64,000 bases of DNA from assembly GCA_051362555.1 (NCBI GenBank), contig CM120647.1, positions 8,866,001 through 8,930,000 on the forward strand, given 5' to 3'. Shown here piece after piece: positions 39,639-59,900 of the stretch; within the stretch, counting starts at the first letter, position 1; every line of letters starts with the position of its first letter. This stretch comes from Lingula anatina (Eukaryota; Animalia; Brachiopoda). Under the pieces are notes generated by a model. The model was not told the DNA's origin, made no database searches, and saw nothing but the letters and a program-made list of their open reading frames with translations. The position numbers were made by a program, and so were the translations under genes.

Positions 39639-41857
39639 TAAGATTTTCAACAGGCATTGCACAAATGAATTTCTAGTAAATGTGCCACTCCAAAGCTTGT
39701 AATAATTAAAGGGATAATAACTCTTCATTTCGGCCAAAAAATGAATTTTCCTGGAGTAAACAACAATTTTCCCATACTTACCAATGGTTAATGAATCCAT
39801 TTTTACATTCAAAGTTAGTCCCTGGTTTTTTTCTAAAAAGTTTGGTTTTTTGTTAAAATCTCTTAAGAGATTTTAACAGAGTATAGCCATCAGTGGAGGT
39901 CACGTGGTCTAAAGACCAGCTCAGATATCAGAATAAAAGCTATAACTGCCGTTTTTGTGGTAAAACAGAATATATTATATTTCTAAGAGTTATTCCCATT
40001 TTTTTTACTGTGAAATATAGATCTCATACGAAGTGTTATTATCCCTTTAATCTATTTAAGTAAAAAATTATTTAAAACTGTCACCTTCCATATGTATCAT
40101 AAGCCTGTCTGAGTCCCTTTAATTCTCCAGGCACTGCCACAAATTTACCCTGAAATGAAGATAATTATAATAAGTCAAGTAAAGTTGATATAATATACAC
40201 ATCACTGAGATATAACACAGATCTGCTAATCTGTTTTTGATTTTACAATGTCTGTTGGCAGATAATTACTATCAGACTTTTGCCGAAGGAGTGTCATCAA
40301 CTAGAATAAAGTCAAATCAAGTAATAGAATAAAATAATTCATCCATGTAAAATACCACTTGAAGACATATCTACACACCCATAACAAGACATAACTGTTA
40401 CAACTTCTGACGGAAAGACATGAGTGTAGTCTATTGACAATGATCATGAGTTTAAACTTTTCACTTTCTACACAAAATTTTCTCACAAAAGCTTTGTGAG
40501 GTATAACTTCAGCTTTGTGTAGCAAATGAAAAGTTAATAATCATTAACAACAACAATAACAACAAATGAACACTAAAATTTAATGGGTATAACATTCTTT
40601 TATATTTACAAGATTGAATATGTATAAGCATTAAGATTTATACCTTGGTGGGATTGTTGAGCATATCCCCTGTGGCCGCTGAAGGAGCAGACGACAGGAA
40701 GTTGAAGACGTCACTCTTCATGGTCATGTGACTATGTACCAACATGACGCCTCCTCTGAAACCAAACACTAAATACTATTATATGAAAATTTCTGAAACC
40801 TTATTTTTAAGAACACTTCAAGTAATTACAGTATATCTTTTAAAATTAAAAATTGTTATGCATGGATGCAATCTTTATACAATGAGAACAAGCTTCACAG
40901 TATAGACCATGTTGATTTGATTTCAAACTGAGAAATATGCATAAACTCAAACTACCCTCTTTCAATAACAACTTTTTTCATTAAAAAAAAAAAAAAAGAA
41001 GGAAACAAGTAACAAAGAAAATCAAAGAAATGCAATAAATGGATATCTGTTGTTTATTGAAATGAAATCTTACCCTCCTAGGCCCGAATTATGGGGATGT
41101 ACAACACCCAGACAAAACATGGCTGCTATGGCGGCGTCCACAGCTGTTCCACCTCTCTGCATGATGTTCACTCCAATCTGAGAGCACACTGGGTTATCTG
41201 ACGTTACAACTCCATGTGGTGGGACCTGCAGAATGTCAAAAATAAAAACCTGTAACTTTTCACTCCAGCTGGTCACTATGACTAGCAGAAAACTACTGAT
41301 CTTAAAATAATTTTTCAAGTCTGAAGACTAAATTTAAATTCATTGGTAATAATCTTCAGCAAAAAATGTCCTTGACCTTGGCACAATTAAATGTCCTTGA
41401 CCTAGATTTAGTGACCTTGATCTACACACAATGTCCTTGAACTAAAAATGGTTCCCTACCTGAGGGGCCCCAAGGTAAATCTGTAGAATTAAAGCCAGAG
41501 TGATGACGACTGCAAACGATATGGAGGATCCAACTATCACTTTTAACCCTTTGCCTTCCTTAGCCGGGCTGAATTTTAATCAATGTTAGATGTCATGTGT
41601 CTTATAATTCTTCATTATTGAATTTATTATTAGGTCACAAAATAAAAACAATATAATTTCTTATGTGTAATGAAGTATTCTATGGCTTATAAAATAGGTA
41701 CAATGACCTTAAAGGTGAAATTGTTGTATCAGAAGTGAAAATTATTTGGACTGAATTTAAAGCAATTCCTTTTTGTCTCAAGAGAGAAAATTCCAGACCT
41801 GAATTCTGTGTTAAACAATTACCAAAGATCCCCTTGTATTCTAGAATATTTGGTGTG

Positions 41858-41911
<54 letters not shown>

Positions 41912-44252
41912 TTTTTTTTCACAGTTCTAATGTTGTTCTGTAATGAATGTAACAGTCCAAAGAACCGTTTTCTTGGGAAGTCCTTCATAATGTCTTGGAA
42001 CAGATTAAAAACATTTTTCATTACAAGAGAAAAGCATTTATGTTCTAGAATAGATTGAGAACCGTGGGTGTTAAATGAGACAAATTTTTGCAGGGGATGT
42101 GGCAGATGTGGCATTGCATTAGGTGAGAAAATTCAATACCTGGATTGTGGTCTGGAAGGATCCAATAAGGTTTCAGCTGCTCTCTGTAAGGGCGATATCT
42201 CAGTATGGACGGGAGACCGTACTGCACTATTAATGCCCTGCATCGCTGACGGGTGACTTGCTGGGCCATCCTCTTCATTGACCAAGTTGGTTCTACCTGA
42301 AGAATCTATTTGGGAATAGAATGGTCAGGTAACAGGAAAAATATCTTTAATTTTCATTTTTAATCATTTGATTATTTGTGAAAGGTAGATTGGAGAAAAA
42401 AAATGCTCAGCTGGAATAAAACAAAAATTATTATTATTTTCATATTATTATTATTTGCCTTCAAAACCTCCTTGATAGTTAATTTCTATATTTCACAAGA
42501 GGGTGATACTGTGTTAAAATCAAGTCTAATTTTCCTCAGAATCTATTATTTTTTTTTAATCATATAGCTTCAAATACACATCAATAGTATACCTTTAGTT
42601 AATCTATTCTCAATTTATTTCACTTTAACCCTTTATAATAGAATTTTTACGTCAAATGAGTCATTAACACAAAACTACAGATTTTAACCAGTAGGATAAC
42701 TTACACTCTATGTTATTAGATCTATAAATTTACATCACAATACACATACATTAAATTACACAACGGGGCAAGTTTCATAATTACTCTTACATGTTAACAA
42801 TATTTCTTATTCCAACAATAAATTAAATATTTTCATGTTTCAATATCTTTAATTTTGGTCTTTGATATGACCTCAACATGCTTTTTTTCTAAATTTTAAA
42901 TCCCCTTATTGATTGAAGATATCATTCCCAAAACAATGTTTTAAGCAATATAAGTGTATTCACATTCAATGAAGAATTACCTTCATGTTTCTATTCACTG
43001 CTATTCACTTACAGAACAGCAGAGAAAAAAAATCAATATTTGCAGAATCATCTATTGCTACTGAGCAATTTATATGTAATTACATCTGTCTGCTTTGTTT
43101 CTTCTGTTTGGTCTACAGTGATACCAGCTATATTTTGAAGGCACAAGTTATCAATGTCATTATTGTTATGACTAAAGTTATTAATGTCATACTCAGGGGC
43201 GTATCCAGATATATTTTCTGACAGGCTTCCGAATTATCTTTATTGTTTTGTCCTCCATTTTTGACTCGTCTTCCGACAGAAGAAATTTGATACCCGTCAA
43301 TGTAAACTTGAAAATCTGACCGTCTTCCGTAAGACCCAGAGGACGGCCTAAACCCGCCCCTGATACTAGTATAGTTACAGTCATTACTAAGGCTCAGCTC
43401 AATAATAATAATAATGTAGACAAGGTCAAAACATGAACAACAACCCTGAGCAATAGTCTGACAAACTGTGAATGAATTAAGGACCTATGCAACTGCAATC
43501 TACTAGATTATAGATAAACGAATGAAGGGAGTGGGCGGTGCACCCTCCCTTTTGCGAAAGAGTGAGAGAGAGAGACAGAGAGAGTGTGTGTGTGTGTGTA
43601 GCTTGTGTGTGTACGCAGCTGGTGCGTATGTGTGTTTGTGTGCAGCTGGTGTGTGCGACATACGTGCCATGCTAAATTAAAATGTACATCTACCTCAGGG
43701 GCAATTTTTTCAATTTATCACCATTTTATATCATTTTGTTTATTCAGGTTGGTAATGTCAATATTTTAGATAAAGAAGAGAAATCTTTAAAATATCCAAC
43801 TGCTTTAATTTGAAACTTATATTAGTAAGTAAAATTCAAACAACTGAATAACCTTCTTGATTTCAAGGGCAACTGCTATTTTGGGTCTCTTTATGTTAAA
43901 AAAAATACTGATGCAAAATTTTGAGCAATATAATTTATTTTATTTTTTTAATGATGTCTTGTGTTAATTCCATATATGGTAATTGGATCTACTGATAACA
44001 AAAACTATCCACATCTTGACAATCATGGACACAAGGACTGCATCTGGTACTCTTCCAGCGATATTTCTGCTCATCCTAATGCCGAATAGCGTTATTTTTA
44101 TGTCGACATAGTCATTTTAATATTTTTATTACACGGAGACGATTTTTTTTTTTCTTGCCCGTTTTTTCTTGCTTACCTCCCTGAAATCCAGCAACTGCAT
44201 CTTCTGTTACGAAAAATGGCTGGCCATGGGTGATTTCCGTAACAGCCGCCAT
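32188..44252 (-). CDS. GGT7: Gamma-glutamyltransferase 7-like (glutathione hydrolase 7-like), 16 coding exons, about 644 aa
   Basis: Exons (5'->3') 44252-44177, 42296-42140, 41568-41460, 41225-41074, 40755-40644, 40149-40085, 39421-39348, 38686-38478, 38204-38117, 37694-37564, 37338-37253, 36672-36517, 35986-35881, 35586-35460, 35250-35125, 32348-32188; GT-AG, phases match. The long cytosolic N-terminus and [32 protein letters not shown] are GGT7-type. GGT motifs [51 protein letters not shown]. Confidence 0.9.
32409..34754 (+). CDS. Partial endonuclease-reverse transcriptase ORF of the LINE (no native start; 4-aa deletion in a core RT motif)
   Basis: ORF track 32331..34754. The part upstream of the 5' TSD is host sequence that happens to be in frame. 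Confidence 0.85.
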   Translation, partial: ERGDLLIEWATANNLKIMNTVYKKKISRRWTWQSPDGCTRNEIDYIMTNRPNIFTDVKVLNRLDAGSDHRAVMGVIRINVRKDRQKCLSNPSKRPCIEQLVIKKDEFQILLTNRFSALELEGEDGVDEMNDRITTTILECASEVAPASKMKDSKLSTETRILMKKRRMMKKTEVNNNRDIRNNIEFAELDKTIKKKAREDIRKQNMKKIAETIENGKSMKRAKRSFQLGQDKMLTLLDKDENELTTQDQILERVEEFYGELYDSNKGIEISTKACNLPDITAWEVESAVQKMKNGKAAGNDNIKAEMVKAGGDILSQELARLFTKCLHLKEIPVAWKNANMIIMFKKGNRKDIKNYRPICLLSNLYKIYTKILTERLTRQLDEAQPKEQAGFRGQYTTTDHMHTVNQLKEKCLEYNIPLCVAFVDYEKAFDSVETQYILASLQDLGIEDGYIDVLRDIYTNSSVTVKLHKTTNKIRIKKGDTISPKLFTAALERIFRDLDWQDKGINIDGTRLNHLRFADDIIIVADDAKDLEEMLQALADESAKSGLKMNTSKTKVMFGPLTTPCTVKVNTKEIEAVEEYIYLGQRFSLSDQTLEKEIQRRIKAGWAAYGKHNDIFKSNLPTCLKKKVFNACVLPVITYGSETWALNASMEHKLQVAQRKMERIMLNINPKERKTNVWLREQTKVKDVLLTVKEMKWRWAGHVKRMKDNRWTIRLTEWTPRYGQRKRGRPVKRWRDELDDYWKSWKKKPWPNWKSEAQDRKQWKKHAEAFVQQWNTIGSK
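32409..34765 (+). mobile_element. 5'-truncated non-LTR retrotransposon (RTE-like LINE) in the last GGT7 intron, antisense to the host gene
   Basis: TSD AACAGACTT at 32400-32408 and 34766-34774; 3' tail TGATGATCATGATG directly after the stop codon. It encodes the C-terminal part of an APE endonuclease (WTW, NEIDYI, SDH) and an RT ([34 protein letters not shown]) with an RTE-type C-terminus (WAGHV.R, RKRGRP..RW.D). Confidence 0.93.
36117..36463. mobile_element. Kolobok-like MITE family A, copy 3 (GGT7 intron)
   Basis: Same TIRs, TTAA ends and internal sequence; same orientation as copy 2. Confidence 0.9.
36576..36928 (-). repeat. Triplication (~113-121 bp units) of the GGT7 exon 12 acceptor and exon 5' part
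   Basis: Three copies of TTTCAG|TTCTTCTG(C/T)TGCAAACCTGACAAGGTATACTATCAAAGACTC; exon starts at 36906, 36785 and 36672. Confidence 0.95.
38931..39305. mobile_element. Putative TTAA-flanked non-autonomous element
   Basis: TTAACTTTACTCCT ... AGGAGAGTAAAATTAA imperfect inverted ends; GC-richer interior. Confidence 0.35.
39579..39636. repeat. (AT)n microsatellite; others at ~41856-41894 and ~47005-47056
   Basis: Direct observation. Confidence 0.95.
39706..40050. mobile_element. Kolobok-like MITE family A, copy 4 (GGT7 intron)
   Basis: Same TIRs, TTAA ends and internal sequence; same orientation as copy 1. Confidence 0.9.
43194..43362. mobile_element. Small TIR element with CAGGGGCG..CGCCCCTG termini and 5-bp TSD
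   Basis: Perfect 8-bp terminal inverted repeat; ATACT at 43189-43193 and 43363-43367. Confidence 0.75.
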
Positions 44253-44542
44253 CTCCCTTCACTCTAAATGGATACTACTACCTATAAATATTCGGTTTCT
44301 TCATCAAAACATCCCAACTCTTTGAGTAACATATGCAACCTGAGGACACCTGTAAACCGGAACTACGAAACAGCTCATCTTGGATGCAACCCAGATTGAG
44401 GCTAAGAGGTGTCAACTGTGCAACTTCACTTCCACAGTAGTTACTTGTTTACTGTGTTGCGCAGGGAATTTTTCCAACATTTAACAGCATTACAGGCTTT
44501 TTCACTTAAAAATCAGAGAATTTAAAGATAAGGGTGCCAACC
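44253..44542. promoter_or_regulatory. Putative bidirectional promoter, GGT7/TTC39C
   Basis: Divergent ATGs only 290 bp apart; CCGGAA at ~44357. Confidence 0.6.
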
Positions 44543-54375
<9,833 letters not shown>

Positions 54376-55285
54376 ACAAAAACAACTTTAAGAAATAGAT
54401 TGAGCATGTATCATATTTTGAATAAAGGTCACTTAACTGAAAGTGAAGCGACATATTTTAAGTACAATTCTAACTTAAGGTTATATATATATCATAGTCC
54501 AATGTTGGAGCGTTCTATAAAGAAATTCAGTGCTGGCTATAAGCAGTATTTTCTGTTTAAAAAAAAATCACTAAAGAATCCTGGAGTGAACAGGAAGCAA
54601 CAATGTGATAACAGAGAGATTTATGTACAGATAACCAAGGCTTGGCTGTGTTTGATACAGACATGCAATGTTAAAACCTTCAGAGCATGTGATGGGCATT
54701 AGAGCTTTATACACCAAATAGTGATTTTCCTAGAAATTCCAGCACTTTTTTCTTTATCCCTAAGATGCACTATATCCAACTGTTTGCAAAATTCAAATCT
54801 GTAAACCCCATTTAGTATTTTAAAAAAGTAGTTGGATAGTGGTGAATTTCACTCATAATGAAAAAAAAATGAAAATTTATAACTAAAAACAGGTGTGTAG
54901 ATATTTTTTCAACAGTTTTGGATAGGATATATTTTGTTGATTAAGGAAAATTGATGGAACTTGTATGTAAGCCTTTAAATCATGCCTTCAGCTTTTGCCA
55001 TTTATAATCCATACAAACAGTCATATGTATCAATTTAATGATCTTAGTTCAATTGATTATAGTTCAAGATGTAACAAATAAGCAGGAATTAATTATTTAC
55101 AGTTAATGACTCGATCCTTTCAATGGGCAGATACATAATTTTAGAATCATTAAAAAAAATATTTTCATATAGCATTTGTGATGCTTTTACTGTATGGAAA
55201 AAATCTATAAGGTAGCATGCTTTTCAATTTTGTTGCTACCAATTAGTTGGAACGTTCAATTTTTAAGGATTTGTGACTTAAATAA

Positions 55286-55343
55286 TACAGTATATGTAAA
55301 ATTCACAATTTTCCCCCGTTGAAAAGATCAAGACATTACTGTA
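55286..55343. mobile_element. ~57-bp Tc1/mariner-like mini element; related copies at ~19565-19622 and ~29875-29931 (inverted)
   Basis: TA-CAGTA ... TACTG-TA ends and core AAATTCACAATTTTCCCC..TGAAAAGA shared by three loci. Confidence 0.6.
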
Positions 55344-56209
55344 ACAGTTGCCATTGGAAAATCAACTTTGTCTTCCTTAAGATGGCAAAATATGAAAAAC
55401 CTCAAGGTTCGTGAAATGTAAATTCAAGTGATGATTTTAGAATGAAATTGTGCAAGGAAAATTATTTGTTTTGAAAGGAATTAGTTAACACATTTGGACT
55501 ATTTCTGTTTTCCTTGGGATGGTTGCAATATGTAGTTTCTGCATGGATGATTTATTGTGTGTGCGTGAGGTTGTCATGTGAGGTTGTTGACTGTGTGTGA
55601 TACTATAATTAAAAATAGGTTGTGTTCATATCAGGACTCACTTAGATTTAAAACAAACTAATTTGCAACACCAGGTGGCCATATATTACATTTGTTCAAT
55701 ATATTTACCCAGAATTATTCAGCATCTGTTTTAATATAGATGTACTTATTTAAGTTGTTACTTCATCTGTTTTCACTTCTGTATTGTTTCTTAATACTTA
55801 CTGGACATGCACTGTAGCATTTTTTTTTTTTTTTTTTTTTTTGAACAGTCAAAAATATTAGCCAAATGAATTTCTTGTCTCAAAGTGGTGAGCAAAAAAT
55901 ATTTTCACTTAATTTAATGAATATGCCTTTGAAAATTATATCAATCATTTGTCAAAAATGTTATACTTTTAGTGGTTAAAATTCTATAATTATAGCTTAT
56001 TTTCAATGTTTACTCCAAAGATATACTGCTATACTCAAGTGTTCATGTTTATAAATATCCCAATATAAATAAATAAGTAATAAAATTGCCTCTAAACAAT
56101 GAAGGCTGTCTTAAATAACTGTAATAGGAGATTATTGAGTTATAGCTGTTTATATTTTACAGGGTTTGTTAAGAAAATACTGAAATGTGAACAATAAACA
56201 GTATTGATG

Positions 56210-56955
56210 TTATGGATATGTAACATAAAAGGGCATTACAATCAACCGGCCATATTTGATCAGTGGAACTGTTATTCCGCTGTTCTGAATGCGGTCTATG
56301 ATACTTCGGGTAATTACATGTTGATTAATAATACGGTCTTCTGCCAAAAGATCTTGGGATTCTTGTGAATTTGTGTAGACTGTGATAATAATGAAACTTT
56401 GTCCAATATCATCAATGTCAAATATCATCAAGGGATTTTTGCTGGAAAGTTTGTTTGTTTGTTTGTTTTTTCTCAATACCAATTGTTAACCAGCTCTTTT
56501 TCTTTTGTGTATGTGTGTAATTTTGTTTAATTCTCATATATTTGTTTATTTTTGACAGCTTATTCCACTTTTCTTCACATTAACATGCCTAACATTAAGA
56601 CACTAAATGCTCGCAATTAACAACTCTCTGTATTGTGTGACGTTAATGAAACAAATTTATTGTTTTACCATTATGATGAAAAAGGACAAGAAATATACAA
56701 TAAAAGGAATTTTGTCCTTTAATGGGTTTGTTTTTGCCTAAATTTTAATGATGTACTAGTACAAATATAGTATGTCTGTACCGGGTACATGTACATATAG
56801 TCATCATATCCGTGCCACCGCTGTGTATGTGTCTGGTTACCTTGGTCTCTTTGAAAAAATGCTTTGTTCCTCCAACTTTTTGTTAATGAACTGATTTTGT
56901 CTCGGCGTGGAAATATCCTAATACACACGGTGTGCGTGAACTTTTAACTCAAAAT
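56210..56955 (-). pseudogene. Unidentified degenerate multi-exon gene remnant (two phase-compatible exons)
   Basis: Exon 56955-56841 (FELKVHAHRVY*DISTPRQNQFINKKLEEQSIFSKRP, one in-frame TAG, GTAACC donor, phase 2) joins in frame to terminal exon 56441-56210 (SKNPLMIFDIDDIGQSFIIITVYTNS...MPFYVTYP*). No family recognised. Confidence 0.35.
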
Positions 56956-59900
56956 CTGAGTGTTTGACAAAAACAGGAAATTTGAGTCTTTTTCCAAATG
57001 TACTTCTAAATTGAGACTTTATAATATCTGCCATCCATTAAAACATTACCGAGATTGGAATATTGAAAAGGAAATAGGCTGAATATTGTGCATGGAACGT
57101 CATGTCCGGTGTCACGTGAAGAAACCGTCGTCGTGAAGAAACCGTTCTGACGGATTATTCACGCGGGGGTAGCAGTCCGTGAATAAACCGTCGTCGTGAA
57201 TAAACCGTCGTGCCGCGCTGGTCATGCTGCTTACCTGGTCATTGTTCTCCGGTTTTATTACGCAATTTGGAGGCACTGTACAGTACCGATCCCCACATAA
57301 ATATATCACACCTTACCTGGTTATTGTTCTCAAGATACACCAATTAGGCCCTACTACAGCTGTTGTAAGAACCTAGAGGAGATCGTTCAAATTTTGTCCT
57401 TTGTATTGTGGGTCAAGTTTATCTGTTAGTGTTAGGTATAATTTTGTTTAGCTACTATTTATGCATTTTTTTTTTACTTTATGTTAATAATATTTTGGTC
57501 TGTCTTGCCGAAGTAGTTTATTGCGGTAACCGTAGACAGCAACCAGATCCTAAAACAATTAAGACGAGAGAACTTTTAACCAACATACCTGGGTAGCCTT
57601 GTGAGTACACAGATTGTTCATATTTAAGAAATCCCTTAAAGAATTTTCAGTTGACTTCCATGCCAACTTCAGGAATATATTTGAAAAATAGAGATTTAAA
57701 GTTAAAAAGTAGGCCCTATTTATTGATACAAACAAAAATCGCAATTAAATGTAATTTAATGTTTTTTCCATTCAATTCTAGTGCCAAATTGAGACTTGGA
57801 TGAATTTTTGAGATCATGTATGGTATATGTCCACCAATATAAAACTAGTCATTTCGTGTTACTGGTCATGTGTTTTGTAATCATTGCAATATTAAATGAA
57901 CTTCGTTGTCTTCATATTTTACATATAAAGAACCAGTATTATCCTCAGCAAAAAAAAAAAAATGTATAAAAATCAAACTCAATTTATTGTTATATTTCTC
58001 ATTGCTTTATCACAACACGAATGATAAATGTTCACATATTTTCAAAAAAAAATAATAATAATAATAATAACTTCTAAACAGATATCAAAGCAAGGGCAAA
58101 GGTCAAACCAAAGATAGACCAAACATCTTTTTGACACATATTACAACATGACAAAATGTGGCCAAAATCCGCAAAAACAAAAATTCTTTTCAGCTATCAT
58201 TCAAATGTTTTCATAATTTTCTTAATTTTGCGCACAATTTTGTACAGTTTTAACCTTTTTGAAACAACATGTTAAGGATAAATTTACATTTCAGAAAATG
58301 TTTTAGACTTTTGTTCCCAGCAGACGTTGATAAAACATCCTTCAATGTAATTGTAATATTTCTTATTTTTTAATACTTTTTCAAGTTTTAATGGCACTAT
58401 TTCCATGTACCCTAGGTTCTAGATTTAGGTTTTGCCAAATCGATCTTGATTTCATATATAGCACACATCAGCGATACACCGTAAAGCTAACACATGAAAA
58501 GGTTTAGTAAAAAAAGCTAGCTTTATAGTGTCCTAAGGGCATTCCTATGTGGTTTTCTAGAAATTTTAAAATGTGTTAATGTTTAAGATTAGCAAAATTA
58601 AAAAAGAACACAGTATATGATACAAAATACAAAATGTTTATTTGGTGATGTGAAAATATAGAACAAATACAACAAGTTATCATCATAATACACACAAACA
58701 CACACTATAATTTTAAGCTATTTGCTTCTGCCAATCAATCTGAACAATGAAATAAAATAAATGTGTTAAAGCTTTATGATATAAAAAAACTGACTTGAAG
58801 GTGGACTGTTGGGAATGCATCGACCATCTCACTTTGGACGTGTAACACACCTGTGAACATATCTAACATTATATAATGAGCATTCATACGAGTCTTACGA
58901 CGACTTTATGCAAACGCAGTCACATTCACGACACTGACAAAGTTGACTTACAGCACGTACAGTAGCTACATATGTATTTCCAACATTTCCCCATAGAGGA
59001 AGTTATATTATTGTCAAACACACACTTTCTCTCGACAACAATTACTGAACTCTAAACTGAAAGAAGATTGTAGTGTGAAAACATTTATACTACGAGTCTT
59101 ACTACAACTTCATCACAGAGCAAAACAGTTCAGTCACGATCACAATCTCAGTAATAAGGGCTGTGTCACACGCTTCCTTTGGTGTTTATATAAAACTTTT
59201 CCAACATTCCTCCGTGGAGTTTATTGTAAGATTATCAAATACATACTCTCTCATGGCAAAAACCACTGAATTACGAATTGAAAGGTCAATAGTGTCAAAA
59301 ATACCTACGACGATATCGTCATACCGGAAGTCCCTTCTTTCAATCTACCCTCAATGCGCATGTGCAGAACGGTTTCGTCACGGCACGGGTCTATCACGCC
59401 ACACCGGACGTGTCTAATAATTTTCGAATTTCCGACTGGATTACCGATCAGTTTGTGAATGAAATAATAGTTACCAACTGGTTATTTCGATTTCATCAAA
59501 ATAATTAAATCAGAAATTGAGTGTAGAATTAATTTCATACACCACCGTTTACTCGCAAGGCCAATAGCGGTTGGAGGGGAGGGGAGGGGAGGTAGACGGA
59601 ACAGCCAAATTAGTCTGAAATAAACTTAATTGCAAATTTCAATTTGAAAACGATTTTATTGGAAAGTTACATCAAATGTCATATATCATATAGTCTCATA
59701 AAATTCAATCGGGACGTTGCAGATTGGCAAGATAATTCGACAGATGCTTTAACGAGGCGCGCGCACATAAAATTAATTTGCAAGTCTGGTGATTATTTTA
59801 CACGCCTTCCGTTTTTAAGACAAAAAGAAAAAAATATAGAATATAAATTTTATTCAATTATAATGAACAATTTTACAATTTTTTTAAATAACATTCAATT

